From: Bacteroidia bacterium
GTDB lineage: Bacteria; Bacteroidota; Bacteroidia; SpSt-205
Length of the DNA stretch: 64,000 bases
Direction: 5' to 3'
Assembly (NCBI GenBank): GCA_025062295.1
Contig: JANXAJ010000003.1
Span: forward strand, 16,099-80,098
Position numbers and translations under genes: made by a program. Positions 9,058-19,676 of this stretch are shown one piece after another; the stretch's first letter is position 1, and each line of letters opens with the position of its first letter. The notes under the pieces are model-generated. The model searched no databases. It was not told the origin of the DNA and saw only the letters and a program-made list of their open reading frames with translations.

Positions 9058-9887
9058 TTACTCATTCCCTTATCAGCCTCATGCTCTCTTTATTCGTTTT
9101 AGGAATCTATGGTCTTTTCCTGCTGGCGGGGCAGCTTGTCTTAGAGCAAGCTCGGTCAGGGTTGGAGTACCGAATTCATCTCTACGCTCCTATCTCAGCA
9201 GAGCAGGTGGAAGCCGTGCTTCGGTGGCTGCGAAGTCAGCCCCTCGTCCGTGAGGCTCGATACGTCTCTCCGGAGGAAGCTATGAAAGGCTTTGCCCAAG
9301 TGGCAGGAGAAGAGTTCGTCCAAGCTATGGAAGGCTTCAATCCATTCCCTCCTACCTTTCAAGTCAGCTTCCATGGCGAACTCGTGACCGCCGACAGCGT
9401 CTTAATTTTTTCCCAGCGAGTCTTAGAATGGGAAATCGTGAAAGAAGTAGATTATCCCCGCCGTCTCTTAGAGGTATTGGAAAAACGAGCTCAGATTCTC
9501 AGATGGGTAGGTCTGCTTATTGGCACGCTTATTGTCATCATCGTCTTCCTCCTCATATTCCATAATGTGCGACTGGCTATATTTGCACGGCGCTTAGAGA
9601 TCCGAACCATGGAACTCGTTGGAGCCACCCGAGCATTCATCCAGCGCCCTTTCCTCTTAGTAGGTCTATTTCAAGGGCTTCTGGGGTCTATTCTAGCTAT
9701 TATCCTCCTGCATATTGGGCTTCTTCTTATACATTCTTTTCTTTTGCCTCTGGACTTCCTGCTTCAGGATTGGCGCTTAGGAGTCCTATATGGAGGGCTG
9801 ATTATTTTTGGAATCCTTGTTGGATATGCGGCCAGCCGCTTAGCTATCCAGCGGTTTTTAAACCAGACTTTAGAAAGGCTTATATGA
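9036..9887 (+). CDS. ftsX: Cell division permease FtsX
   Basis: Four-TM topology with a large periplasmic loop between TM1 and TM2. Typical FtsX C-terminal TM cluster and length of about 283 aa. Confidence 0.8.
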   Translation: MRGARLPLTHSLISLMLSLFVLGIYGLFLLAGQLVLEQARSGLEYRIHLYAPISAEQVEAVLRWLRSQPLVREARYVSPEEAMKGFAQVAGEEFVQAMEGFNPFPPTFQVSFHGELVTADSVLIFSQRVLEWEIVKEVDYPRRLLEVLEKRAQILRWVGLLIGTLIVIIVFLLIFHNVRLAIFARRLEIRTMELVGATRAFIQRPFLLVGLFQGLLGSILAIILLHIGLLLIHSFLLPLDFLLQDWRLGVLYGGLIIFGILVGYAASRLAIQRFLNQTLERLI

Positions 9888-10138
9888 GCAGAAAGCAGCA
9901 TACAGAATCATCCTCTCGGAAGTTTCCTTCTAAAAGCCCCACGCCCGATATGCCCTTTCATCGGGGCAACTACCGCTGGCTTATGGGAGGCATCCTCCTC
10001 CTTTTGATGGGCTACAGTGGGCTTCTCATTCCTAATGAATTTGTAGATAGCAAACAGTTCTCCATCTCTTTGTATGTAGCACCTTGGCTTATACTTGGCG
10101 GATTTTTAGCTCTTATCTACGCTATTCTCAAAAAATGA
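9884..10138 (+). CDS. Small membrane protein (DUF3098-like) conserved between ftsX and uppP in Bacteroidetes
   Basis: 84 aa from ATG 9884, with two TM helices (WLMGGILLLLMGYSGLL, VAPWLILGGFLALIYAIL). Stop overlaps the uppP start (ATGA). Confidence 0.55.
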   Translation: MSRKQHTESSSRKFPSKSPTPDMPFHRGNYRWLMGGILLLLMGYSGLLIPNEFVDSKQFSISLYVAPWLILGGFLALIYAILKK

Positions 10139-10896
10139 GCTGGTGGGAGGCAGTTCTCTTAGCTGTAGTGGAGGGGCTCACAGAATTCCTTCCTATTTCC
10201 TCTACTGGCCATTTGATTCTTCTGAGTGCATGGCTGGGACGGGCAAAAGAAGCCTTCGTTCAGGATTATGAGATTATTATTCAGGGAGGGGCTATTTTGG
10301 CAGTACTTTTCCACAGCTACCGAAGGCTCTATCAGTGGCGACTCTATCTTCTTTTGTTAGCGGCTTTCTGCCCCACTGCCTTTATTGGTGTATTGACCAA
10401 AGAGTACATAGAAGGACTTTTAGGTTCGCCGGCGGTCGTAGCCATCAATCTCATCTTGGGGGGTGTGATACTGATCCAGATGGATCGATGGTTCTTGCAG
10501 GCTCATCGGCCTATAGAATCGTTAAAGATGTGGGAGGCAGGCGTAATAGGTCTTATTCAAGCTTTGAGCTTAATGCCTGGCATCTCTCGAGCAGCTGCCG
10601 CTCTCTTTGGGGGACGACTGGTTGGGCTTTCTCAGAGCGATGCTGCCGAATTCTCTTTTCTCTTGGCAGTGCCTACGCTGACCGCTGCTTCAGCCTATAA
10701 GGCATACAAAAGCCCCGTGGCTCTTTCCCCCGAGACTCTTCCTCTGCTCGGAATCGGAATAGTGGTAGCCTTTGGAGTAGCTACTTTTGCTATGCAATTT
10801 TTGATTACCCTCTGGCGACGATATGGGCTTTTGCCTTTCGGAGTCTATAGGATAATACTGGGTAGTGGAGTCCTTATATGGGTGAGCTTATCTTAG
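10135..10896 (+). CDS. uppP: Undecaprenyl-diphosphatase (UppP/BacA)
   Basis: MSWWEAVLLAVVEGLTEFLPISSTGHLIL is the canonical UppP N-terminus. The second motif PGISRAAAAL is present. Confidence 0.85.
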   Translation: MSWWEAVLLAVVEGLTEFLPISSTGHLILLSAWLGRAKEAFVQDYEIIIQGGAILAVLFHSYRRLYQWRLYLLLLAAFCPTAFIGVLTKEYIEGLLGSPAVVAINLILGGVILIQMDRWFLQAHRPIESLKMWEAGVIGLIQALSLMPGISRAAAALFGGRLVGLSQSDAAEFSFLLAVPTLTAASAYKAYKSPVALSPETLPLLGIGIVVAFGVATFAMQFLITLWRRYGLLPFGVYRIILGSGVLIWVSLS

Positions 10897-11522
10897 TGGA
10901 TAAGCCGTACGGTTGGAGTTCCTTTACAGTGGTAGAGTGGGTCAAGCGCCACTTTCGCGTGCGAAAAGCGGGACATGCAGGAACCCTGGATCCACTTGCC
11001 ACAGGACTCCTTTTAGTAGCTACCGATGAAGCTACACGAGAAATCCCTATCTACCAAGGATGGAGTAAGGAGTATTATGCATTAGTGATTTTAGGGTATC
11101 GGAGCCTTTCAGATGATGCGGAATATCCTCCTGAAAAAGGGGCTGATCCTCGCCCTCTCTCCTTAGGAGAGAGAAGAGACCTCCTTGAGCGCTTCATTGG
11201 ATGTATTTTACAGCGTCCGCCTGTTTTTTCTGCTGTAAAGGTGAAGGGACAACGGGCGTATATGCTGGCTCGACAAGGACAATTGCCTCTTCTCTTTCCC
11301 CGCCCCGTAGAGATTCACGACATAGAAGAGGTACATTATGAAGCCCCTTATCGTTGGCTTCTTCGGATAGAATGCGGAAAAGGGGTATATATCCGTGCTC
11401 TTGCTCGTGACATTGGTGAAGCTACGGGATGGGGAGCGTACTTGGGAGCGCTGCGTCGCACTCGGATCGGGACTCATCTCGTCTCTAAAGCCCTTCAACC
11501 CGATGGTTACTTACTACAATAA
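10878..11522 (+). CDS. truB: tRNA pseudouridine(55) synthase TruB
   Basis: LVDKPYGWSSF...GHAGTLDPLATGLLLVATDEATR contains the catalytic Asp motif of TruB. Confidence 0.85.
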   Translation: MGELILVDKPYGWSSFTVVEWVKRHFRVRKAGHAGTLDPLATGLLLVATDEATREIPIYQGWSKEYYALVILGYRSLSDDAEYPPEKGADPRPLSLGERRDLLERFIGCILQRPPVFSAVKVKGQRAYMLARQGQLPLLFPRPVEIHDIEEVHYEAPYRWLLRIECGKGVYIRALARDIGEATGWGAYLGALRRTRIGTHLVSKALQPDGYLLQ

Positions 11523-12435
11523 GGAACGCGGTCCAAAAGGAGGTATCCTCACTATGGGCACCTTTGACGGCGTCCATCACGGGCACCGACGCATCCTTCA
11601 CTCAACCAGAGCATGGGCAGACCGCTTATGCACTTTCGCAGAAGCATGGATCTTTCATCCCCATCCTCGTACAGTGCTTAGAAACGAGCAAGTACCTCTC
11701 ATTACAAGCATAGAAGAGCGGATCGCTTTGCTTCATCATGAAGGAATACAGGTGACTCGGGTCATTTCCTTTACCTCAGCAGTAGCTTATCTATCAGCGG
11801 AAGCCTTCATTCAAGAGTGGATTAAAGCTGTGGCTAATCCCCAAGGCATCGTCCTGGGGCATGATCACCGATTCGGTCGTAATAGGGAAGGAAATGCCAA
11901 CCTTCTTATCCAGAAAGGGATTCCCATTCACCAAGAACAAGCTGAGCAGAGGGAAGGACGAGCTATCAGTAGCTCATGGATACGAGAGCTGATTCAAACA
12001 GGGAAGATGGAAAAAGTTCATAACCTTTTAGGATATCCATTCACGGTTCGGGGGACAGTGCATCCCGGTAAAGGTGAAGCTCGCACTCTTGCCGTTCCTA
12101 CCGCCAATCTCTCTTACCCTCCTGAGAAACCATGCCCTCCTTTCGGAGTGTATGTGGGATGGGCTGCCCTCCATGAGATTCAGCCCCTCCCTGTCTCTCA
12201 GGGCATCCCAGCTCTCCTCTACCTTTCCCCTGCACGGGAATTAGAGGTCCATCTCTTAGAAGGACATTATTCTAATCTGTATGGAACCTCTATTGCTGTA
12301 GGATTCTTAGCATATATGCGTCCTCATATTCCTTTCAGTTCTATTGAGGAAATCAGTGAAAAGATCCAAGAAGACCTCCATAAGGCCCATTCCTACTTTG
12401 CAGAACTAAGACCCAGTGCGCGGCAGCTTGAATAA
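11503..12435 (+). CDS. ribF: Bifunctional riboflavin kinase/FMN adenylyltransferase
   Basis: GTFDGVHHGH nucleotidyltransferase motif near the N-terminus and a C-terminal riboflavin kinase domain. Start chosen at ATG 11503 (MVTYYNKERG...) rather than track start 11395. Confidence 0.85.
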   Translation: MVTYYNKERGPKGGILTMGTFDGVHHGHRRILHSTRAWADRLCTFAEAWIFHPHPRTVLRNEQVPLITSIEERIALLHHEGIQVTRVISFTSAVAYLSAEAFIQEWIKAVANPQGIVLGHDHRFGRNREGNANLLIQKGIPIHQEQAEQREGRAISSSWIRELIQTGKMEKVHNLLGYPFTVRGTVHPGKGEARTLAVPTANLSYPPEKPCPPFGVYVGWAALHEIQPLPVSQGIPALLYLSPARELEVHLLEGHYSNLYGTSIAVGFLAYMRPHIPFSSIEEISEKIQEDLHKAHSYFAELRPSARQLE

Positions 12436-12510
12436 AACCCTCATAAGGAGAGAGCAATACTGAAAATCCCTCTGGAAGCTCTCTTCTCAGAGAGAGGTAT
12501 AATTTTGTAG

Positions 12511-14469
12511 GTGATGAGGTGGTGGTGCTATTTTCTCGTAGGAGCCTTTCTCTGGTCACAGCCCCAAAAGGCAGAGAAGCATCTACGCCGAGGTGGGGAG
12601 CTGATGGAGATGGAAGACTTTGCTACAGCCCTCGGAGAGTATGAAGCAGCCTTAAGGTATAATCCTTACAGCGCTGAGGCTTATGCAAATGGCGCTTACT
12701 GTGCATGGCGAATTCATCAAAATACTAAAGCCGTTGAATACTTCAAGAAAGCAGAGCAAATGGGAGTCAATTTGACTCCTCGGCTGGCTCTGGCTTATGC
12801 AGATGCTCTTCAGCGGACTGGACAACCAGCTAAAGCGCGCCCTATTATTGAGCGATTGATTGACCAGACTCGTCCAACTGACCCTCTCTATGAGAGACTC
12901 CGCTTGACTCTCCATCATCTCAAAAATGCAGAACGGTATGTAGAAAAACCCTTGAAGGTAACCATTCAAAATCTGGGCGGAGTCATTAACTCACCCCAAC
13001 CCGACTATGCCCCTGTTATTTCCGCAGATGAGAGCATTCTTTTTTTCACCTCTCGGCGAGCTGGCTCCACAGGCGGTAAAATAGCGACAGACGGTCTTCC
13101 TTACGAGGATATTTATGTGAGTGAGAAAGACCCAAATGGACAATGGAAATTACCCCGAAACGCGGGTGCGCCACTCAACACCCCTACTCATGATGCTTGT
13201 ATTGCCCTTTCAGCAGATGGACAGACCCTTTTTCTATTCAATTCAGAGAATGGAGGGGATATTTTCATAAGCCAACTGCGTGGAACAAAATGGACGAGTC
13301 CCAAGAACATAGGCCCCCCTATCAACTCTAAATACTGGGAGCCGTCAGTTTGTCTTTCTGCTGATGAAAGGACGCTTTTCTTCGTCTCCGATAGGCCAGG
13401 GGGGATGGGGGGACGCGACATTTACATGTGTCGCCGCCTGCCTAATCGGAAGTGGGGCCCTCCCATTAACCTCGGACCGCCCGTGAATACTCCCTACGAT
13501 GAAGATGGTCCCTTCTTTCACCCTGATGGAAAGACCCTATTTTACTCCTCAAACGGACCTAATTCTATTGGCGGCTTCGACATCTTCCGAACAGAGCTGC
13601 GAGCCGACAGTACGTGGGCTCCACCCATCAACTTGGGATATCCCATCAATACCCCTGGAGATGAGATTTACTTCGTTCTCTCCGCCAGTGGGCTTCATGG
13701 CTACTATGCCAGCGAGCGAGAGGACTCCTATGGGGAGAAAGACATCTATCTCATAGATTTCTCCACCCTTCAAGAGCCCGTGGCTGAGAAGCCAGCCGAA
13801 GAAGAGCTCCAAGTTTCCTCTGAACCGACCCCCTCTCCCTCGTTTCGTCCTAATCTGACTCTAGTCTCAGGCATCATTTACGATGCTCAAACCCAAAAGC
13901 CATTAGAAGCTACCATCACTATCATAGATAATCTCAAAGGAGACACTGTCGCCACACTTATCTCAAATGCAGCCACGGGGAAGTACCTGATCTCCCTTCC
14001 AGCGGGACGTAACTACGGCATCGCCGTAACCGCTGAAGGTTACGCCTTCCATTCTGAAAATTTCGTTGTGGAAGAAGCTCACGGCTACCGAGAGGTGCGG
14101 AAAGATATAGGCCTAGAAAAATACAAGAGCGGCACAGTGATTATCCTTCGCAATATCTTCTTTGACTTTGACAAGGCTACGCTTCGTCCCGAATCCAAAG
14201 CAGAGCTGGAACGGGTCTATCAAATGCTAAAAGAAAATCCCACTATGCGCATCCGAATCGCTGGACATACCGATAGTATGGGCTCGGATGAATACAATCA
14301 ACGATTATCCGAGAATCGGGCCCGAGCAGTGTATGAGTATCTGCTGAACCGAGGAATCCCCGCTGACCGACTCTCCTATGCGGGATATGGAGAGAGCCGC
14401 CCCATAGATACAAATGACACCGAAGAAGGACGACAGAAAAATCGCCGAGTAGAAATAGAAATCTTATAA
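12511..14469 (+). CDS. Outer-membrane associated TPR / PD40 (TolB-like) beta-propeller / OmpA-domain protein
   Basis: N-terminal signal peptide and TPR, then repeated PD40-type units (..DG.TLFF.S.R.GG.GG.DIY). C-terminal OmpA/MotB peptidoglycan-binding domain (FDFDKATLRPES...NRRVEIEIL). Confidence 0.75.
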   Translation: MMRWWCYFLVGAFLWSQPQKAEKHLRRGGELMEMEDFATALGEYEAALRYNPYSAEAYANGAYCAWRIHQNTKAVEYFKKAEQMGVNLTPRLALAYADALQRTGQPAKARPIIERLIDQTRPTDPLYERLRLTLHHLKNAERYVEKPLKVTIQNLGGVINSPQPDYAPVISADESILFFTSRRAGSTGGKIATDGLPYEDIYVSEKDPNGQWKLPRNAGAPLNTPTHDACIALSADGQTLFLFNSENGGDIFISQLRGTKWTSPKNIGPPINSKYWEPSVCLSADERTLFFVSDRPGGMGGRDIYMCRRLPNRKWGPPINLGPPVNTPYDEDGPFFHPDGKTLFYSSNGPNSIGGFDIFRTELRADSTWAPPINLGYPINTPGDEIYFVLSASGLHGYYASEREDSYGEKDIYLIDFSTLQEPVAEKPAEEELQVSSEPTPSPSFRPNLTLVSGIIYDAQTQKPLEATITIIDNLKGDTVATLISNAATGKYLISLPAGRNYGIAVTAEGYAFHSENFVVEEAHGYREVRKDIGLEKYKSGTVIILRNIFFDFDKATLRPESKAELERVYQMLKENPTMRIRIAGHTDSMGSDEYNQRLSENRARAVYEYLLNRGIPADRLSYAGYGESRPIDTNDTEEGRQKNRRVEIEIL

Positions 14470-14647
14470 TATCAGCATGGAGCCCTTAGAAGCTCATGAA
14501 AAAGTCTTTACTGTCAAACGATTGATAGCTTCCCTTCTCTATAACCCCGCGCTTGGTGGTCTAATCTCTTTGCAGTAGCATAGGGGGCACGCCCCGCGTC
14601 CAGTATATGAGGTCTATGTAGGACGTGCTAAAGTTTTATTCCAATCC

Positions 14648-15718
14648 CTACTCACCTTCGGCTATTTCCTCAAGGGGCGTAGCTGCTACTTGAAGGACAT
14701 CGCTTTGAAGGAGAAGGGGACGAATCTGCTTCTCTAGCTCTGTCATCAATTCTGGATGATCCTTGAGAAAGATGCGAAGATTTTCTCTCCCTTGGGCTAA
14801 CTTCTGGCCGGCGTAGCTAAACCAGGAGCCTGCTTTCTGAATGATCCCTAATTGAACTCCCAGGTCTATAATTTCACCTACCCGTGAGATACCCTCCCCG
14901 TATAGAATATCAAATTCCGCCATTTTGAAAGGAGGAGCCACTTTATTCTTGACCACCTTCACTCGGACGCGATGTCCTATGACGTCTGTACCTTCTTTGA
15001 TAGCTGCAATCCGACGCACATCCAGACGCACAGAAGAATAGAATTTGAGAGCATTTCCCCCTGTGGTTGTCTCTGTAGGACCGTACATTGCCATAGCCCC
15101 AATCTTTTCCCGAAGCTGGTTGATGAAAATAGCAATGCAGCGCGTCCGAGAGATACTAGCTGTGAGTTTCCTCAGGGCTTGAGACATAAGGCGAGCTTGT
15201 AGGCCCATTTTGGCATCTCCCATTTCCCCCTCCAGCTCAGCTTTAGGCACAAGAGCAGCTACAGAGTCTATAACGACAACATCTATCGCTCCAGAACGAA
15301 TGAGTGAATCAGCAATCTCCAAGGCCTGCTCCCCATAGTCAGGCTGAGAAATAATGAGCGCGTGAGTGTCTATACCCAGCTTTTGAGCATAGACTGGGTC
15401 AAAAGCATGCTCCGCATCAATAAACGCGGCTATCCCTCCCTGTTTATTTGCTTCAGCAATCACATGAAGAGCAATCGTCGTTTTGCCAGAGGCTTCAGGG
15501 CCATATATCTCTGTAATGCGTCCCCGAGGCAACCCCCCCACTCCTAAGGCTGCATCCAAAGCCAATGACCCCGTAGAAATCACCTCTACGCCTTGATCCG
15601 ACCGTTCGTCCAGCTTCATTACAGTGCCTTTACCATATTCTTTCTCCAGCTTCTGAAGGGTCGCCTGAAGAAGTCTCTGACGCTCTTCCGAAGGAGCAGC
15701 CTTCCTCTCTGGTATCAT
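14648..15718 (-). CDS. recA: Recombinase RecA
   Basis: GPEASGKTT Walker [15 protein letters not shown] and the rest of the sequence are RecA across the full length. Confidence 0.95.
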   Translation of the reverse strand: MIPERKAAPSEERQRLLQATLQKLEKEYGKGTVMKLDERSDQGVEVISTGSLALDAALGVGGLPRGRITEIYGPEASGKTTIALHVIAEANKQGGIAAFIDAEHAFDPVYAQKLGIDTHALIISQPDYGEQALEIADSLIRSGAIDVVVIDSVAALVPKAELEGEMGDAKMGLQARLMSQALRKLTASISRTRCIAIFINQLREKIGAMAMYGPTETTTGGNALKFYSSVRLDVRRIAAIKEGTDVIGHRVRVKVVKNKVAPPFKMAEFDILYGEGISRVGEIIDLGVQLGIIQKAGSWFSYAGQKLAQGRENLRIFLKDHPELMTELEKQIRPLLLQSDVLQVAATPLEEIAEGE

Positions 15719-15803
15719 ACCTCATCCAAAGGTAAAAACTTCCTTCAGTCCTAATATGGACTCTTTTCTGAAATTTTCCTATTTTTGTGGCAAGGGAGGG
15801 TTT

Positions 15804-18509
15804 ATGAATTCCATTCTGAGAATCACTCTTGCAGTAAGCTGGTGGGCTTTTGCCCAAGAAGAACGACTTACACGCAGCTTAATTTCAGCCGAGCGCCGAC
15901 CTACCCTTATCCGAAAGGAAGAAACAGTGCTAATTCAAGGGCGCGTTCGGGATAAAGAAACAGGAGAGCCCTTAATTGGCGCTGTTGTACGCCTTCAGAA
16001 TTCAGAGAAAGGAAGCCTGACCCAATTAGATGGGAGCTTCTCCCTCTCACTCAGACCAGAGGAGGCCTCTCCTGATGCAATTCTTTCCATCACTTACATT
16101 GGCTATGAAGAGAAAAGCCTCTCACTAAAAGAACTAGAAGCAGGGGGCGAGGTACAGCTAATGCCTCTCGGAGTCTCAGTTAAAGAGATTCTCATCTTGT
16201 CCTCCGTGGCGAACTCTCTTCTGACCCCACTCAACTTCACTCGTTTAGAATCTAAGCAAATCCTTGAGCTGCGAGGCTCCCAGGAGCTGACCGAAAGCAT
16301 GCGTTTCTCGCCTTCAGTGTATGCCTCACGAGAAGGCGGTGGATGGGGCGACTCTCGCATCAACATCAGAGGTTTTGAACAAGAGAATATCGCTGTTCAA
16401 ATCAATGGAATTCCCGTCAATGACATGGAAAATTCTCGCGTCTATTGGTCAAACTGGCTTGGTCTGTCTGAGGTGTTAGAAGAAGTCCAGGTGCAGAAAG
16501 GTCTGGGAAATGCCCGAATTGTACTGCCCTCCATCGGTGGCACGCTCAATCTACGCACTATTCCTCCGCAAGCAGACCGCCGCTTTATCCTCACCAGCGA
16601 GGCTTCAAATGTCTATACCTCTCGGTTAGGATTAATCTACCACTCGGGCATGAGCTCAACCGGATGGGCGGTAACCTTGGCAGGAAACCGAGCAGTGGGG
16701 CCAGGCTATATTCCTGGAACAGACTTCAGTTCTTGGACCTACTACCTCGCTATTTCAAAGCAAGTTGGCGAACGGCATCGGTTTCTCCTGCAAGGCTTCG
16801 GGGCACCTCAGTGGCACTATCAGCGCTTTCGTTACCTTACTTGGCGGGACATAGATACCCTCTATCGTTCACCCTTTCATAACTATGACTATGGATACTT
16901 AGACGGACAGCGCTATAGTAACCTTCGCAACTTTTATCATAAGCCTCTGGTTAGCTTGAGTCACTTCTGGACTCTATCAGACAAGGTCAATCTACTGAGC
17001 GCGGCTTATGCTTCATTTGGGCGAGGGGGCGGCTCTGGCATCCTAAATATTCGACGGGAGTGGGACTCGCGACAATCCACTTACTCCTTGCCTTTCCGTC
17101 CCGATGGGCTAATCGATTGGGAGAAGGTCCGACAAGACAACCGTAGCCGACCAGATACCTTCATCCGAGCCAACGGAGACACCCTTATCGGCTATGCTGC
17201 CAATCTCATTCATCGGAATTCTATCAATTCGCACAATTGGTATGGGCTTGTCTCTGCGCTCAACCTCAATATAGGAAGGCTGGAAATCAATTCAGGCATA
17301 GACCTACGCTACTATGTAGCTTATCATTACAGAGAAATTACTAATCTCTTCGGGGCTGACTTCTGGATAGACACTTTTGACGTTCGTCGGGGTGAAAGCA
17401 TGAAGGTTATTATTCGGGACACAGCTCGGACCCTACGTCACGCAAGAATTACCCGAGTGGGCGATCGAGTAAACTACGATTATGACTCCTTCATCGGATG
17501 GGTGGGCGGCTTCTCAGAGATAAAGTATCAAGGTGGACCGCTTGCCGCCACTCTTGTCTTAGCAGCTGCTAATACTACCTACCAACGGCGAGAGAACTTC
17601 CGCTACCGTCCAGAGGAACGAGCCTTGCTCTCCCCTACGATTGGCATCTTCTCTTACACTGCCAAAGGAGGGGTCGGCCTACGACTTTTGGAAAACAGCT
17701 TGTTGTATGTAAGCGGAGGCTATTTTACACGTCCACCATTTTTCCAGTTTGTTTTTATCAATGACCGAGCGGGAAATGAAATTGCTCAGAACTATGATGT
17801 AGAGAAGGTTCTACAGGCAGAAGGGGGGTTCCGCTGGCAAAGCAGCCTATTTTCAGCACAACTTGCTGCGTATTGGATCCGCTGGAAAGATAAAGTACTC
17901 ATGTCCCCCCCTATTCCTCTCCCTGATGGAAGCTTTACACAAGTGCGCCTGAATGGACTCTCTGCCCTGCATAGAGGAATAGAAGTAGAGATGGGAGCAC
18001 AGCCCCTTTCTTGGCTGAGAGTTTCATTTATCGGAAACATTGGTGATTGGAGATGGGAAAAAGACATATTTGGTATTGTCCGCGACAATAATCAGCAGAT
18101 TGTTGATACCATTCAGCTTTTTGTAGAGGGACTCCGAGTGGGCAGTGCCCCTCAGACTCAATTAGGAGGCATTCTTCGGCTGGCACCTCTGCCGAATCTC
18201 TACTTGAGTCTCAACTACTTCTACTATGACCGATTCTGGGCTGCTTTTGATCCTGAGGGACGCACTAACCCAAACGACCGAGCCCAACCTTGGCGTCTAC
18301 CCGCATATGGTCTCTTAGATGCAGCCGCTGGGTATGAAGTAGCAGTAAGCAGTGAGATGCGAATTCGCCTCTTCGGCAACATTCATAACCTACTCAACAC
18401 CCGTTATATCGTTACAGCCTTAGATGGACCTACTCATGACCGAAGAACCGCTCGCTTCTTCTACGGCTTCGGGCGAACATGGAATATAGGACTGAGCTTT
18501 CTATGGTAG
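15804..18509 (+). CDS. TonB-dependent outer-membrane receptor with N-terminal carboxypeptidase-regulatory-like domain
   Basis: Signal peptide MNSILRITLAVSWWAFAQ. Cna-B/CarbopepD_reg-like segment (VLIQGRVRDKETGEPLIGAVV), plug, and a C-terminal barrel ending in an aromatic residue (..GLSFLW). Confidence 0.8.
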   Translation: MNSILRITLAVSWWAFAQEERLTRSLISAERRPTLIRKEETVLIQGRVRDKETGEPLIGAVVRLQNSEKGSLTQLDGSFSLSLRPEEASPDAILSITYIGYEEKSLSLKELEAGGEVQLMPLGVSVKEILILSSVANSLLTPLNFTRLESKQILELRGSQELTESMRFSPSVYASREGGGWGDSRINIRGFEQENIAVQINGIPVNDMENSRVYWSNWLGLSEVLEEVQVQKGLGNARIVLPSIGGTLNLRTIPPQADRRFILTSEASNVYTSRLGLIYHSGMSSTGWAVTLAGNRAVGPGYIPGTDFSSWTYYLAISKQVGERHRFLLQGFGAPQWHYQRFRYLTWRDIDTLYRSPFHNYDYGYLDGQRYSNLRNFYHKPLVSLSHFWTLSDKVNLLSAAYASFGRGGGSGILNIRREWDSRQSTYSLPFRPDGLIDWEKVRQDNRSRPDTFIRANGDTLIGYAANLIHRNSINSHNWYGLVSALNLNIGRLEINSGIDLRYYVAYHYREITNLFGADFWIDTFDVRRGESMKVIIRDTARTLRHARITRVGDRVNYDYDSFIGWVGGFSEIKYQGGPLAATLVLAAANTTYQRRENFRYRPEERALLSPTIGIFSYTAKGGVGLRLLENSLLYVSGGYFTRPPFFQFVFINDRAGNEIAQNYDVEKVLQAEGGFRWQSSLFSAQLAAYWIRWKDKVLMSPPIPLPDGSFTQVRLNGLSALHRGIEVEMGAQPLSWLRVSFIGNIGDWRWEKDIFGIVRDNNQQIVDTIQLFVEGLRVGSAPQTQLGGILRLAPLPNLYLSLNYFYYDRFWAAFDPEGRTNPNDRAQPWRLPAYGLLDAAAGYEVAVSSEMRIRLFGNIHNLLNTRYIVTALDGPTHDRRTARFFYGFGRTWNIGLSFLW

Positions 18510-18736
18510 GTCTCTAAGCTCCCTTATAGCACAGAAGTCCTTCCTCAAGCTAAAGGTCGTAGGGGATTTCCAAGGCATTTGGGGTTGATGCTCACACTTG
18601 CCCGCATAGTACAAACGACACACACCTAAGGAGAGAAATAACTACTCTCATAAGCATAGATTCTTTGGTTTCTCCTGAATCGTACCTTCGCTCAGATAAA
18701 ATCTCCTTGGCAAAATAGTAAGCAATTCCTTGAGAC

Positions 18737-19588
18737 ATGCCCTCTAATCAAGCAAAGAGCCTTCCCTCTCTTTACCCCGAAGGAGCACCCCCTCGCCGTT
18801 CGCTATTTTTTGCGAGCGATTTGCATGCAGGTGCCCCCTCGCGTCAAGCTAGTGAAACTCGTGAGAGACACTTTATCCAGTGGCTTGAAAGACATGCACC
18901 CGAAGCTGCTGCCTTTTATTTGCTGGGCGACATATGGGACTTCTGGTTTGAGTATCGACACGCAGTACCAAAAGGACATACGAGACTGCTTGCGGCCTTA
19001 GCCGAGGTCGTAGAAGCAGCCATTCCTATCTATTTCCAAGTAGGCAATCATGACTGCTGGCTTACTGACTACCTTACCCAAGAAATCGGATTGAAGCGCT
19101 TATCAGACCCTTTCAGAGCCACTTGGCAAGGCATGCTTTACTTCCTCTCGCATGGACATCGGATCGGTCCTATACCATGGACAGATAAACTAGCTTACAC
19201 TCTGATGGAAAGTCGCCTGCTTCAGAAGCTATACCGATGGCTTCACCCTGATATCGGCTTGTACATAGGACGCTTTCTCTCGGGACGCAGCCGACAAGCG
19301 CACCTCCCCATGGATGACATAGACCTAGGCGAAAAAGAATACCTCCGTCTCTTCGTAAAAGCAGAACAAAGAAAGGCACCAGCTGACTGGTATATCTTCG
19401 GACACCGACACTTAGCGCTAGTTGAGCGGATCGGCTCTAGTTATATAGTCCTGCTGGGCGATTGGATTCGCCGATATACTTTTCTCAAGCTTCAGGAAGG
19501 CTCCTGGGGGCTCTATACCTATAGCTTGCATCATGAGATTCTACCTCTGATTGAGGGTTCTATCCTCCACCTCCGTAAGGAGGCATAA
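18737..19588 (+). CDS. lpxH: UDP-2,3-diacylglucosamine diphosphatase (LpxH-family calcineurin-like phosphoesterase)
   Basis: DLH...GD.WDFW...GNHD metallophosphoesterase motifs in the LpxH arrangement. Confidence 0.7.
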   Translation: MPSNQAKSLPSLYPEGAPPRRSLFFASDLHAGAPSRQASETRERHFIQWLERHAPEAAAFYLLGDIWDFWFEYRHAVPKGHTRLLAALAEVVEAAIPIYFQVGNHDCWLTDYLTQEIGLKRLSDPFRATWQGMLYFLSHGHRIGPIPWTDKLAYTLMESRLLQKLYRWLHPDIGLYIGRFLSGRSRQAHLPMDDIDLGEKEYLRLFVKAEQRKAPADWYIFGHRHLALVERIGSSYIVLLGDWIRRYTFLKLQEGSWGLYTYSLHHEILPLIEGSILHLRKEA

Positions 19589-19676
19589 CTTTCTGCATAG
19601 GAGGAAATAGCTCCTCATCTTGAGCTTTTTAGGCGAGACACTCTTACCTCGGTAGAGGAATCTTTACTTTTGTCTG

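Noticed and set aside
14470-14647. 178-nt convergent intergenic region between the OmpA-like gene and recA, containing gggggcacgccccgcg
   Set aside because: I checked it for a small RNA or bidirectional terminator. The putative hairpin has a 2-nt loop and imperfect stem, and I recognise no known ncRNA motifs such as SRP or tmRNA.
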